Shown here: positions 56,501 through 64,000 of the stretch, piece after piece
Layout of the letters: every line of letters begins with the position of its first letter
Position numbering within the stretch: position 1 is the stretch's first letter
From: a virus
Lineage: Duplodnaviria; Caudoviricetes
Length of the DNA: 64,000 bases
IMG/VR virus record: IMGVR_UViG_3300033463_000005
Coordinates: 194,510 to 258,509 of that record
Direction: 5' to 3' (one strand)
Position numbers and translations under genes: made by a program
The notes under the pieces: generated by a model
What the model saw: the letters and a program-made list of their open reading frames with translations, nothing else
Told to the model about the DNA's origin: nothing
The model's database searches: none

Positions 56501-56920
56501 TGTGCTTGTTGACATCGGAATATACACAGTATTCAACATCCATAACAACAGACCATAATTGCGGTCTTTATTATAGATATTATATTTGATAGAATCAATG
56601 GTTGAACGTCGCAAACCATTCAATTCTGTGATATGTGGGAGATTGGCTCTAGAAAATCCCAAAGATTCATCGACATTGTCAAACCGGTATTCGATTTCGT
56701 CGAATACCGGATCAACAACGGAAGTCTTTTCTGATTCAACAATCACATGATCACCAAGATTGTGAACCGTACCGATGAACGTAGCACCAGTTTCTGAATC
56801 CTGAACATTTTTGGTTTTGTCAGTTTTCAATAACCAGTGTTTCCGTTCTTGGTTCATGATCAAAGCCAACCCAGATGCACCCAAATACCAATTGATTTTA
56901 TTCGGGGTTTTCAATGTCAT
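53543..56920 (-). CDS. large putative virion (tail/baseplate) protein, paralog A
   Basis: 1125 aa, D/T/N-rich beta protein; shares the YENNAT...RTLARICDIPTS block with the next gene. Confidence 0.7.
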   Translation of the reverse strand: MTLKTPNKINWYLGASGLALIMNQERKHWLLKTDKTKNVQDSETGATFIGTVHNLGDHVIVESEKTSVVDPVFDEIEYRFDNVDESLGFSRANLPHITELNGLRRSTIDSIKYNIYNKDRNYGLLLWMLNTVYIPMSTSTDSSNVYSYKWYKTNTPPRLWCINDIDEFDDGEQAGLDWTDPDSHQSSLDPRYYYPAESNLQPFPIQRKYASNELIMYSDLFADSNMIGLPFFWFTSNATNQGPSVTFTNIDMYDPSQDSDHLYDHSRLLEIGHAGNKTRYQVNVYPCTGTRLGSVPSGDLTDWVIRCAPVSGTFDQNNTDFTKPIGTIEFYSTDDTHNIGINMNGDNIITMTQNVGWTYDADSGMYIIPVETFESNLYEYHNPLKPAFDIQLDQSIAFEPNTTDAGFVGMQMKSSHTDEGEPRYPHDIQNLEGLPEWIQNDEANGVAQHMSIYALHNTPTYQPEDQSTRQIAGLIFDPGKDRLYPGTDETNALSIGRVYLLSNDDIKYENNATAEFPKPARTLARICDIPTSVMQLTNISGLAPTSVVDKKYIRSYASFTADDKDYLYNGTRDKWVRPTHVDVNGDPIYTEDSETQSNAYIFDSFENLQRVDLYAHNDFRELSNLNPFVDPQNVTLHQISNHGTDYVVSDVGIVVIGGFAFNYIVNAVDENGGVTDVTIAPSDAHTQINLSNFDLYDPNYGMTVPYGTSPIGNSTGRGLKLSFMIQNFDQLLPVKGNVVKGLCALVKESDGIWLYQYRVSGAVGTWEKIEQIAYANNSDTIRKDGDVTPRDAYINSFLPSVREFTVSKLQDNTTINIKSFASATSINVISQDTIPLLIPDDVRTPVDINKFYCHGFVTLTAEQHNTNGVIKAVEDAKLDQYDSYLVWKWLSNDMADKQFTCGIIRRSLNNLMSQSDTSLLPSEYVDTRYVHTNPQTTVTWCVDQLGPMVWMFEPTSTTHEKYYMNADTRELYIKKETLTWSDVEITTSTHGTVTLVDSDGRLLFNIMVNSPFDVTTQTQPYTSKYVPMQDLIIGSIPTHQPHGSWRLVFPETHQFKLRGIDENQNEFTPTKMQILRGSDLVNIGNVENDMGKIVNYKTLIINDKTQEDETELKIYNRETGNWNNV

Positions 56921-56935
56921 GTCACTCCTTTGCGA

Positions 56936-59900
56936 TTATTTTTGTTTCCATGTTCCATTTTGGAAAACATACATGCTATTATTGAGAATCAATAACGTAT
57001 TTTCGGAAATGTCAACATCACCATCATACATTCTGAATTGATTCAAATCAATCGTAGATGCAGTTTCCAATCTGAATACAAACATTGGTTGTGCTTTCTC
57101 ATGAACATTGTCGAGTGTGACATTTTCATGGAAAACATCAATTACTGGAATAAATGATCCAATCGGATCGTCGGTAGGTAAATCGGAAATTGATGCATTT
57201 TTACTATGATACAACTGGAGGTTATTAATATCAAACACTGAATCAGAATATGTATTTGCAATACAATAATTGATCAGATCCGATTTCAATGTATCAAGAC
57301 CTTCATATTTGATATTGCCATTGGCAATATCTGTTTCCAAATCCGATGCAACAAACGGATGGATGACGCGATAAATATCATTCGTTTGTGGTGGAATCAA
57401 CAAAACATCCGTTTGATATGTTTCTCCAGAAACATACGGTGCTGTCGTGTATATCATGTGAGCAATGGTATCATCACCAAATGTTTCACGGATATAATCG
57501 ATTACTTCATCGACCGTGTAACCATTCAATTCATTCCGCAAACCATCCAATTCTTTCATATGTGCAAAATGATCAAATCGATACACATTAAATGCCAGAT
57601 GATCACTGTCATACAACGACACATATCCATCTGGAATATCGTTTGGATCAAACAGATCCTTCATGTTAAATGGAATCGATTTTGTCAACGTTGTGAAACT
57701 GACATTGTGATCGTACTCATTCTTCGTGTATTGACATGGGTTGTAAACATATGGGATTGGTTTTTGATCAATCGTATTGAATTTCAAACCGTTCCATCCC
57801 ATGTCATATGATGACACATTCAGATTTGTTCTCGCAGGAAATTCCAAATCATGATCGAGATAATCATACTTTGTTCGAAGCACATCATATTTTGTCATGT
57901 CGATCGATGGAATTAATGCTATAAATGAATTCCATGTATTCAATCCAAAGTTTGAAATATGCTGTGCCAAGTTTTCACCATTTGTCAATTTCGCATATGT
58001 CACATATGCATCCATATTGTGTTCATTCGAATCTGTTGTGATGGTACGCTGATTGACAATATCCAATAAGTCAACAAAGTTTGTTGACACGAATATGTTA
58101 TATGTCATAACACGACACCAATCACGTCGTTCGATATATGTTTCCGTATCGTCATACACTGGATTTCCAATATCTAAATCACCAGTAAATGCCAAACGAT
58201 GTTCTTCATCCCATGTGTGATGAAGTGTATCATATGGAATTAATGTAACACCAAATCGGATTGGATCATAAATAAACGTATAAATTGATTTATCAAGATC
58301 TCGTTCGCGAATTGGTGTGAATTGGTTCCATATAGTCTGTTGGATTTCCCATTGTAATATTGCGCCATCACCAATACCAGTGATGGTTGACAATGGATAT
58401 GTTGATATTCTTCCATTGAAATTCGCCATAGGAATATCAAATTGAGGCAATGATTCATTTCCCGGAATCGATGGATCCAGTGACAAATGGAATGTAAGAA
58501 TGCTTTGTGTCACATCTTCAGATATTGTATCGACAACGCCACGGAAGAAAATACCTCCGACATTAAATCCAAACTCGTCACCAACTTCATATCCACTTCC
58601 ACCATTTGCAATGGAGATTGTGTATTGCAAATTGTCGCCGAATTGAATTACGTCACGTTGTATCGTATATGTACCGCATTGATTCTGAATCACTTCATCT
58701 GTTGCCGACGATTCTAAATCGTGTAATGTCGGAATGTATTGATAATCCGAAGATTGATATAAAACGAAATGATCGCTTCTGGGATGATTCCATAGTTGAT
58801 CAAATTGATCATCATTCCACGACGCATACTGACGTGTGTATTGATCATCAATGACAAATGTCGGTGCGACTCCAGAGATACTTTGTAATTGCATGAATGA
58901 TGTTGGAATATCACAGATGCGAGCCAATGTCCGTTCTGCACGCGGATACTTTGTGGTAGCATTATTTTCATATGCGATCGGATCGTTTGTAATTAGATAA
59001 CCGCGACCAAACTCCATATCTGGATCATATGAAATCATGCCCAATGAGAATCGACGATTTCCATGATAAACAAATGGTTTCTTTGTATGATATTTAGGAA
59101 TCGTTTTATCACCGAAATGATTATTATCAATATATGCAATGTTTGTTAAGTAATTCAAATTTGATACAATTTTACTTTCATCTGTGATATATTGACGATC
59201 ATACGAATATACCAAAACCGGTTCCATATCATCGATGATATCATTCACGTCAGTTTGTGGAACAGATGAATCCAATATAATCGCCGCAGTCTGTTTCTTT
59301 GTCGCACGTTGATTCTGTTGATTGGCGTCATCGCGAATTGCATACATTTCAACGTGTGCGTGATGTAGTGTGCGATCCAAGAAATATTGATAGTATGGTG
59401 GTAACCCGTCGAAGTCACTCAAATTATAGATGATTCCATTTTTCTTGATCACAGAATGGTCAGAATAATCCGATGTGAAATCAATGTGAATACCACTCCG
59501 CATTCCAGTTGTTTGTGTTTCATACGGAATGTAATATTGCTTGCTGAATATAACATTGAATGCAGCAATACATGCAGGGTTTGGATTTGATTCTGTCGTG
59601 ATGTTTTGATTGAAATCTTCCAATGCAATCAACGCATATGTTTGGTTGTTGAAAGTTTCACCATCGTAATCATAATCACCCGGAGCAGGTTCATGGAAAA
59701 TCCATTGTGGTTCTAATTCACATAATGTGATTTTTGTATCGATTGCATCCCATGTGATTTCTTGTGATGCAATTGGTGCAACATGATATACGTCACCAGC
59801 AAATTGAACGAATTCGATTCGTTCAACCGCAACAGAATAATTCTTTTGAATTGCGTATGGTTGTTTATAAAATTTACCATATGCTTTGATGTACCATGTT

Positions 59901-60700
59901 GCAGACGGGTCTGATGATGATGGTATATTCTCATCACCGTAGATGTATGGGAATAGTTGCACAACATGTTGACCATTTGTTCCAATCGTCAGCAAGGAAC
60001 GATTGTATTGATCATCATTTCCAATCCATCGAATTTCCGGGAAGCGAATATCGGATGTCGAACATATCCATATGAACGGTAATTCGGAATATGATTTCAA
60101 ATCAACCGTAATCAATGTTGCGCCATCAAATGAATCAATCAAGTCTTCTGTCATATTATTTCTTGCAAAATAATAAGTAGCATGATGATCTTCGTTATTT
60201 GATCCATCGATGTATAGCTCATATTCCACACCATCAATGAGAAGCTTTGGATTTGTAAACGTCTTTACAAAATTGGATTTTCTTGTGTAGAAATCGCCAT
60301 CTGCTTCTGCACGCATAATTACAACACTTGTCAAATTTTGAAATTTCAATTGATATATGTGATTGGATAGCATTGTATCTGATTTGACACATGCCATCAT
60401 CATGTGTTGTTGTTCGTATGTGTCAATGAAATCAGCATATTTCAATTGAAAATAATATCTGAATGTATCATTCAGATAATGTCCATCCAATGGCGGATGA
60501 TTCATTTCCATCTTTTGCGATTCCAATAACATTTCAGAACCAAAATTTTTCACGATACCAACATACTTCAAACCGTTCAAATCAGTCAATCCGAATGACT
60601 GACGTGTATGCTGTTCATACAATTTTTTGGAAAGTTGTAAGAATGTCCGTAATGCATCAGGAGATGTATACGGGGTTTTTGTAATCACTCGTTCGGGCAT
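56936..60700 (-). CDS. large putative virion (tail/baseplate) protein, paralog B
   Basis: ~1254 aa; shared block plus the ISIANGGSGYEVGD motif. Confidence 0.7.
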   Translation of the reverse strand: MPERVITKTPYTSPDALRTFLQLSKKLYEQHTRQSFGLTDLNGLKYVGIVKNFGSEMLLESQKMEMNHPPLDGHYLNDTFRYYFQLKYADFIDTYEQQHMMMACVKSDTMLSNHIYQLKFQNLTSVVIMRAEADGDFYTRKSNFVKTFTNPKLLIDGVEYELYIDGSNNEDHHATYYFARNNMTEDLIDSFDGATLITVDLKSYSELPFIWICSTSDIRFPEIRWIGNDDQYNRSLLTIGTNGQHVVQLFPYIYGDENIPSSSDPSATWYIKAYGKFYKQPYAIQKNYSVAVERIEFVQFAGDVYHVAPIASQEITWDAIDTKITLCELEPQWIFHEPAPGDYDYDGETFNNQTYALIALEDFNQNITTESNPNPACIAAFNVIFSKQYYIPYETQTTGMRSGIHIDFTSDYSDHSVIKKNGIIYNLSDFDGLPPYYQYFLDRTLHHAHVEMYAIRDDANQQNQRATKKQTAAIILDSSVPQTDVNDIIDDMEPVLVYSYDRQYITDESKIVSNLNYLTNIAYIDNNHFGDKTIPKYHTKKPFVYHGNRRFSLGMISYDPDMEFGRGYLITNDPIAYENNATTKYPRAERTLARICDIPTSFMQLQSISGVAPTFVIDDQYTRQYASWNDDQFDQLWNHPRSDHFVLYQSSDYQYIPTLHDLESSATDEVIQNQCGTYTIQRDVIQFGDNLQYTISIANGGSGYEVGDEFGFNVGGIFFRGVVDTISEDVTQSILTFHLSLDPSIPGNESLPQFDIPMANFNGRISTYPLSTITGIGDGAILQWEIQQTIWNQFTPIRERDLDKSIYTFIYDPIRFGVTLIPYDTLHHTWDEEHRLAFTGDLDIGNPVYDDTETYIERRDWCRVMTYNIFVSTNFVDLLDIVNQRTITTDSNEHNMDAYVTYAKLTNGENLAQHISNFGLNTWNSFIALIPSIDMTKYDVLRTKYDYLDHDLEFPARTNLNVSSYDMGWNGLKFNTIDQKPIPYVYNPCQYTKNEYDHNVSFTTLTKSIPFNMKDLFDPNDIPDGYVSLYDSDHLAFNVYRFDHFAHMKELDGLRNELNGYTVDEVIDYIRETFGDDTIAHMIYTTAPYVSGETYQTDVLLIPPQTNDIYRVIHPFVASDLETDIANGNIKYEGLDTLKSDLINYCIANTYSDSVFDINNLQLYHSKNASISDLPTDDPIGSFIPVIDVFHENVTLDNVHEKAQPMFVFRLETASTIDLNQFRMYDGDVDISENTLLILNNSMYVFQNGTWKQK

Positions 60701-60803
60701 ATGATCATCTCCTTCGAAATAAAAATTTTTCAACACATATACTATTTTTCTGAACGGGATAGAAACATTATATTACTATCCACATTTCAGAAAGGAATGA
60801 TGA

Positions 60804-62444
60804 TTGATGATTGATTACGTGTTAAAAAAGATGGAGAATCCCTTGAGCGGGATTCGAGTTGACCTTGGTGTTGATCAACCATTATGGAAGTATGTCAAAA
60901 AAGCAGTCCAGGATATTGAAGTATTAAACATCCTTGGATTATATCGATACGACAGAACAATCGATCCCCCATACATTCATGTCGTCAATTGGATGTGGGA
61001 TCCACATCCATTAGCAGAAGAGATACAATATCGCCGGCGTGAAACCGGCGATAAGCTTTCAACAAAATCGATTGGAGATACTCGTATCGGTATTCTGGAA
61101 TTTGATATTATATGTGGAGCACGTGATAAGAATCGAAATATCATACAACAGGTTGTTCATAATAAACTCTATGTTCCAATTGAAGATGAACATGGAAATT
61201 ATTTGCTGGACAATCAGTTGTATTCTGAATATCAGCTCGTTGACAAACTTCTGTATCCGTCTGGTAATAATTCATTCACACTGAAATCATTGTTGCCAGT
61301 CGTCATTCAGTTTGTTGATTCAACGGAATCTTCCATGGACAATTATCTTGTCACGGCAAAAATTGGCATGGTGAAAATCTTCACAACCATGGAACCGATT
61401 TTGGCATGCTTTATGCATATACCGGGTCCGCTGTGCTATCTCGGCGTATACCCAATATTACAGTTCTGTGACCATGTCCGTCAGCAGGATAAAGACGAAT
61501 ATGAGTATTTCCAACCAATCAAAGATCGTGATATCTATATTCGAGCATATCGAAAAGGCTTGGAACAATTCGAGTATGTTCGGACAATTTTGGTCATGGC
61601 AATGTCTCTGATTGAGAAATACGATCCTGCAACACTGGACGAATTAAACTCACCTGAATGGTGGATTTATCAATTATCTTATTATGACAATATTATTGAA
61701 CATCGCGGTTCCTGTCATGAAATGCATGTTGCAAGAATGCTTGATACAATTTCTGCAAATGTATTACCAATTCCGGACATTGACAAACGTAACATGATTG
61801 CATTATTGCGGTATGTATTGCAAACAGAATTCACAGATGTCAACATCTATTCCTATGAAAATAAACGTTTAAGACTGAACGAAGTCATTTCAACAATTGT
61901 CACTGCTGAAGTATCAGAGAAATTGAAAAAGATGTTTAAATATGGAATGCTTCTGAAGATGGTTGATATGGAGCCTGCTGTCAAATTCCGTCCGGATTTG
62001 ATTCTGAAGAATATCTATAAACTTGGAACAGTACATGTGACTGACTTTGCAAATGATTTGGATTATCCACAACATCTACGCTTCACAAAGAGGGGTCCGA
62101 ATTCGCTCGGCCGACTTGATAATCATAAGATCAACTTCGTTCATAGACAATTACACCCCAGCATGATTGGTGTCATTGATCTATTGGATTATTCAAAGGA
62201 TGTTGGACAATCCGGCATGATTTCTCCATGGGCAGATATCTCGGCATTGTCCGAAGTCAATACAAACAAATATCCAAATATCAAATACGATCTCTTCAAC
62301 TTCATTCAACAAGAATTTCCAAATCCCGGTATACGATTCAATTGTAATAATATTGAAGAGTATAATCGGTTGTTGGATAAGCTTGTGTGGAGAGCATACA
62401 TGAATATTGAATATCATGTGAATCCGGAGGAAGAATCGAAATGA
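60804..62444 (+). CDS. phage multisubunit RNA polymerase beta-like subunit (N-terminal part)
   Basis: ENKRLRLNE, RFTKRGPNSLG and RQLHPSMIGVIDL...GQSGMISP resemble RpoB KRxR, fork-loop GPGGL and RDVHPSHYGRIC motifs; split-RpoB size typical of phiKZ/AR9-like phages. Confidence 0.78.
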   Translation: MMIDYVLKKMENPLSGIRVDLGVDQPLWKYVKKAVQDIEVLNILGLYRYDRTIDPPYIHVVNWMWDPHPLAEEIQYRRRETGDKLSTKSIGDTRIGILEFDIICGARDKNRNIIQQVVHNKLYVPIEDEHGNYLLDNQLYSEYQLVDKLLYPSGNNSFTLKSLLPVVIQFVDSTESSMDNYLVTAKIGMVKIFTTMEPILACFMHIPGPLCYLGVYPILQFCDHVRQQDKDEYEYFQPIKDRDIYIRAYRKGLEQFEYVRTILVMAMSLIEKYDPATLDELNSPEWWIYQLSYYDNIIEHRGSCHEMHVARMLDTISANVLPIPDIDKRNMIALLRYVLQTEFTDVNIYSYENKRLRLNEVISTIVTAEVSEKLKKMFKYGMLLKMVDMEPAVKFRPDLILKNIYKLGTVHVTDFANDLDYPQHLRFTKRGPNSLGRLDNHKINFVHRQLHPSMIGVIDLLDYSKDVGQSGMISPWADISALSEVNTNKYPNIKYDLFNFIQQEFPNPGIRFNCNNIEEYNRLLDKLVWRAYMNIEYHVNPEEESK

Positions 62445-62983
62445 GAATCAATTACAAACTCTTTCGTGGATCTATCGATAAAAAGCTTTCAATCACGTAT
62501 TCTTACATGTATGAACCAACGGGAGATTTCCAAACCATTGTTCAACGTGAAAATGGTACGGTGACAATTCTTCCATCATTTGGAATCAGTATCGCACATG
62601 GTTTTGAACAGGACCACATTTATATTGTATCAAATCAATACTACGTATTCTCATCATTATTGGAGAAAGCGGTGAAGTTGATTTCTGATCATTTGTATGA
62701 GATATTTCCGAATGTTGGTCATACGGAATTTGAAATTGATGCAAAGACATTGGAACGATTTCAAACAGAGAAAGCAATTGCAATTGACGGGATTACAATG
62801 ATTCCAGCCGTTTGGGTTGATGAAACAAATCAATGCTTCCCAGGTATTCAAATTAATACATTAAAATTCGGATCAATTAAGATTCCATTACAAGAAGCGA
62901 TTCCAATCAGTTTACTGTTAAAGAATTTTGATCCGCATGCAGCATCGTTAACAATGCTTCGGATTTGTGGACGGATAGAGTGA
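62441..62983 (+). CDS. hypothetical protein
   Basis: coupled to the RNAP subunit gene. Confidence 0.72.
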   Translation: MRINYKLFRGSIDKKLSITYSYMYEPTGDFQTIVQRENGTVTILPSFGISIAHGFEQDHIYIVSNQYYVFSSLLEKAVKLISDHLYEIFPNVGHTEFEIDAKTLERFQTEKAIAIDGITMIPAVWVDETNQCFPGIQINTLKFGSIKIPLQEAIPISLLLKNFDPHAASLTMLRICGRIE

Positions 62984-62985
62984 TA

Positions 62986-63013
62986 ATGTGGGCGGGGATA
63001 TCCCCGCCCACAC
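62986..63013. terminator. bidirectional terminator hairpin
   Basis: ATGTGGGCGGGG-ATAT-CCCCGCCCACA between convergent genes. Confidence 0.65.
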
Positions 63014-63014
63014 A

Positions 63015-63998
63015 TTACATTCTTGATGTTCCGAGGAATCTGTTTGCAGAATCCCAGAAGTCGGATGACAGAGCGGTACCAATATGATGCAACAAATTTT
63101 TTCCATTGGATGCAGCAAGAATTGCTTTTGTGACCAAACGCATGGAACCATTTACACGATATTTATCAACACCGCAACACTGTGCAATGTAATCAAACAT
63201 CGTATGGTTATTTAACATAATCGAAGTTTTATCCATTGGAGATGTCATTAAGCAATGCTGTAAATCTGTAACAGAAATCGTCATATCAACTGACAAAGGA
63301 TATCCATAAACAGAGACATCATTACCATCCGGATTCTTCGATATTGTCAATCCAGTAACCATACCAAGACGTGTACCCCATAAACCCGGAATGTTACATT
63401 GAATAATCGGTGGATAACTATACGATGCACCGGAATTCTTTGACATCTTCGGAAGAACCATTCCCAATGCGAAGAACATTGGGACAAGAATCTCTGTCAA
63501 ATAAGAATATGGATCACCGCCGGATGCACGAAGTTTTACCGTTAAAGCAACTTCAGAACCATTCGATGTATGCTTTTGGAATATGAGCGGATAGATTGTG
63601 TGGTCACCCTTGAATGAACGCAACATGGATGACGCAATACCCGCAGTAAATCGACCAGCGGATCCGAGTTGTGACATGATTGATTCTGCCGCAGTAACAG
63701 CATTATCCGCCAAATTAATAATTTTGTCTGCCGCACCAACTGCACCTTGTGATGAACTTGTAATGAATGCAATTTCATTACCATATGATTCACCAGTGTT
63801 GATGACAGACGAATATATCATGGATTCTCCGACTTGGTTGTTATATGATTCTTGGATAGATTTCGGATCAATCATAAATGAAATGTATTGTGACGTGTCA
63901 CCATTCTGTGAATCAAGCTCCTGAGCGGAACCCAAACTCTTGCATGGAGTAACAAACCTGTAGTTTGCCCAAACATCATCAGTGTCGCTTGCTTCAGA
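63015..63998 (-). CDS. putative tail/baseplate structural protein (5' truncated by window edge)
   Basis: frame stays open to the window end; tube-initiator-like layout (YPLIF...YSYPPII...G.PLSVDMTISVTDL). Confidence 0.6.
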   Translation of the reverse strand, partial: SEASDTDDVWANYRFVTPCKSLGSAQELDSQNGDTSQYISFMIDPKSIQESYNNQVGESMIYSSVINTGESYGNEIAFITSSSQGAVGAADKIINLADNAVTAAESIMSQLGSAGRFTAGIASSMLRSFKGDHTIYPLIFQKHTSNGSEVALTVKLRASGGDPYSYLTEILVPMFFALGMVLPKMSKNSGASYSYPPIIQCNIPGLWGTRLGMVTGLTISKNPDGNDVSVYGYPLSVDMTISVTDLQHCLMTSPMDKTSIMLNNHTMFDYIAQCCGVDKYRVNGSMRLVTKAILAASNGKNLLHHIGTALSSDFWDSANRFLGTSRM

Positions 63999-64000
63999 TG

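Noticed and set aside
1-64000. Alternative genetic code or suppressor tRNA
   Set aside because: Genes are intact and tightly packed under code 11. The 37497 tRNA loop CTCAAAC reads CAA (Leu) at positions 34-36, not TCA.

Overview
This is a 64-kb segment of a jumbo (phiKZ/PBS1/AR9-like) bacteriophage, probably infecting a Firmicute (inferred from AGGAGG RBSs and a BspA-type LRR gene). The standard genetic code appears to apply. 1-20 kb (minus strand) holds dense small hypothetical genes plus ThyX, an ABC-type ATPase, an SbcD/Mre11 nuclease, a metallophosphoesterase and an NAD-dependent DNA ligase. 20-31 kb holds virion/head genes, including a ~1600-aa multi-enzyme protein punctuated by [VIF]QE[SAG] motifs. 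31-53.5 kb (plus strand) holds primase, dCMP deaminase, a Ro60/TROVE protein, two tRNA/ncRNA clusters, a sigma4-alphaCTD fusion and a stand-alone RAMP/Cas7-like gene. 53.5-64 kb holds two paralogous large virion proteins and a split RNA-polymerase beta-like subunit. Three systems stand out. (1) A solitary Cas7/RAMP-like protein (46272-47099) and two ~1.1-kb non-coding arrays (37675-38835, 49480-50590) built from 5-nt NN-xRY units, in places forming ~31-nt super-repeats: a candidate non-CRISPR RNA-guided system. (2) Ro60 followed by five copies of a covarying RNA helix module, two of them grafted into the anticodon position of otherwise complete tRNA scaffolds (Y-RNA/tRNA chimeras). (3) Two tRNA genes split at the anticodon by an endonuclease gene plus an intact replacement tRNA. 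All calls are by eye from motifs; no database searches were run.
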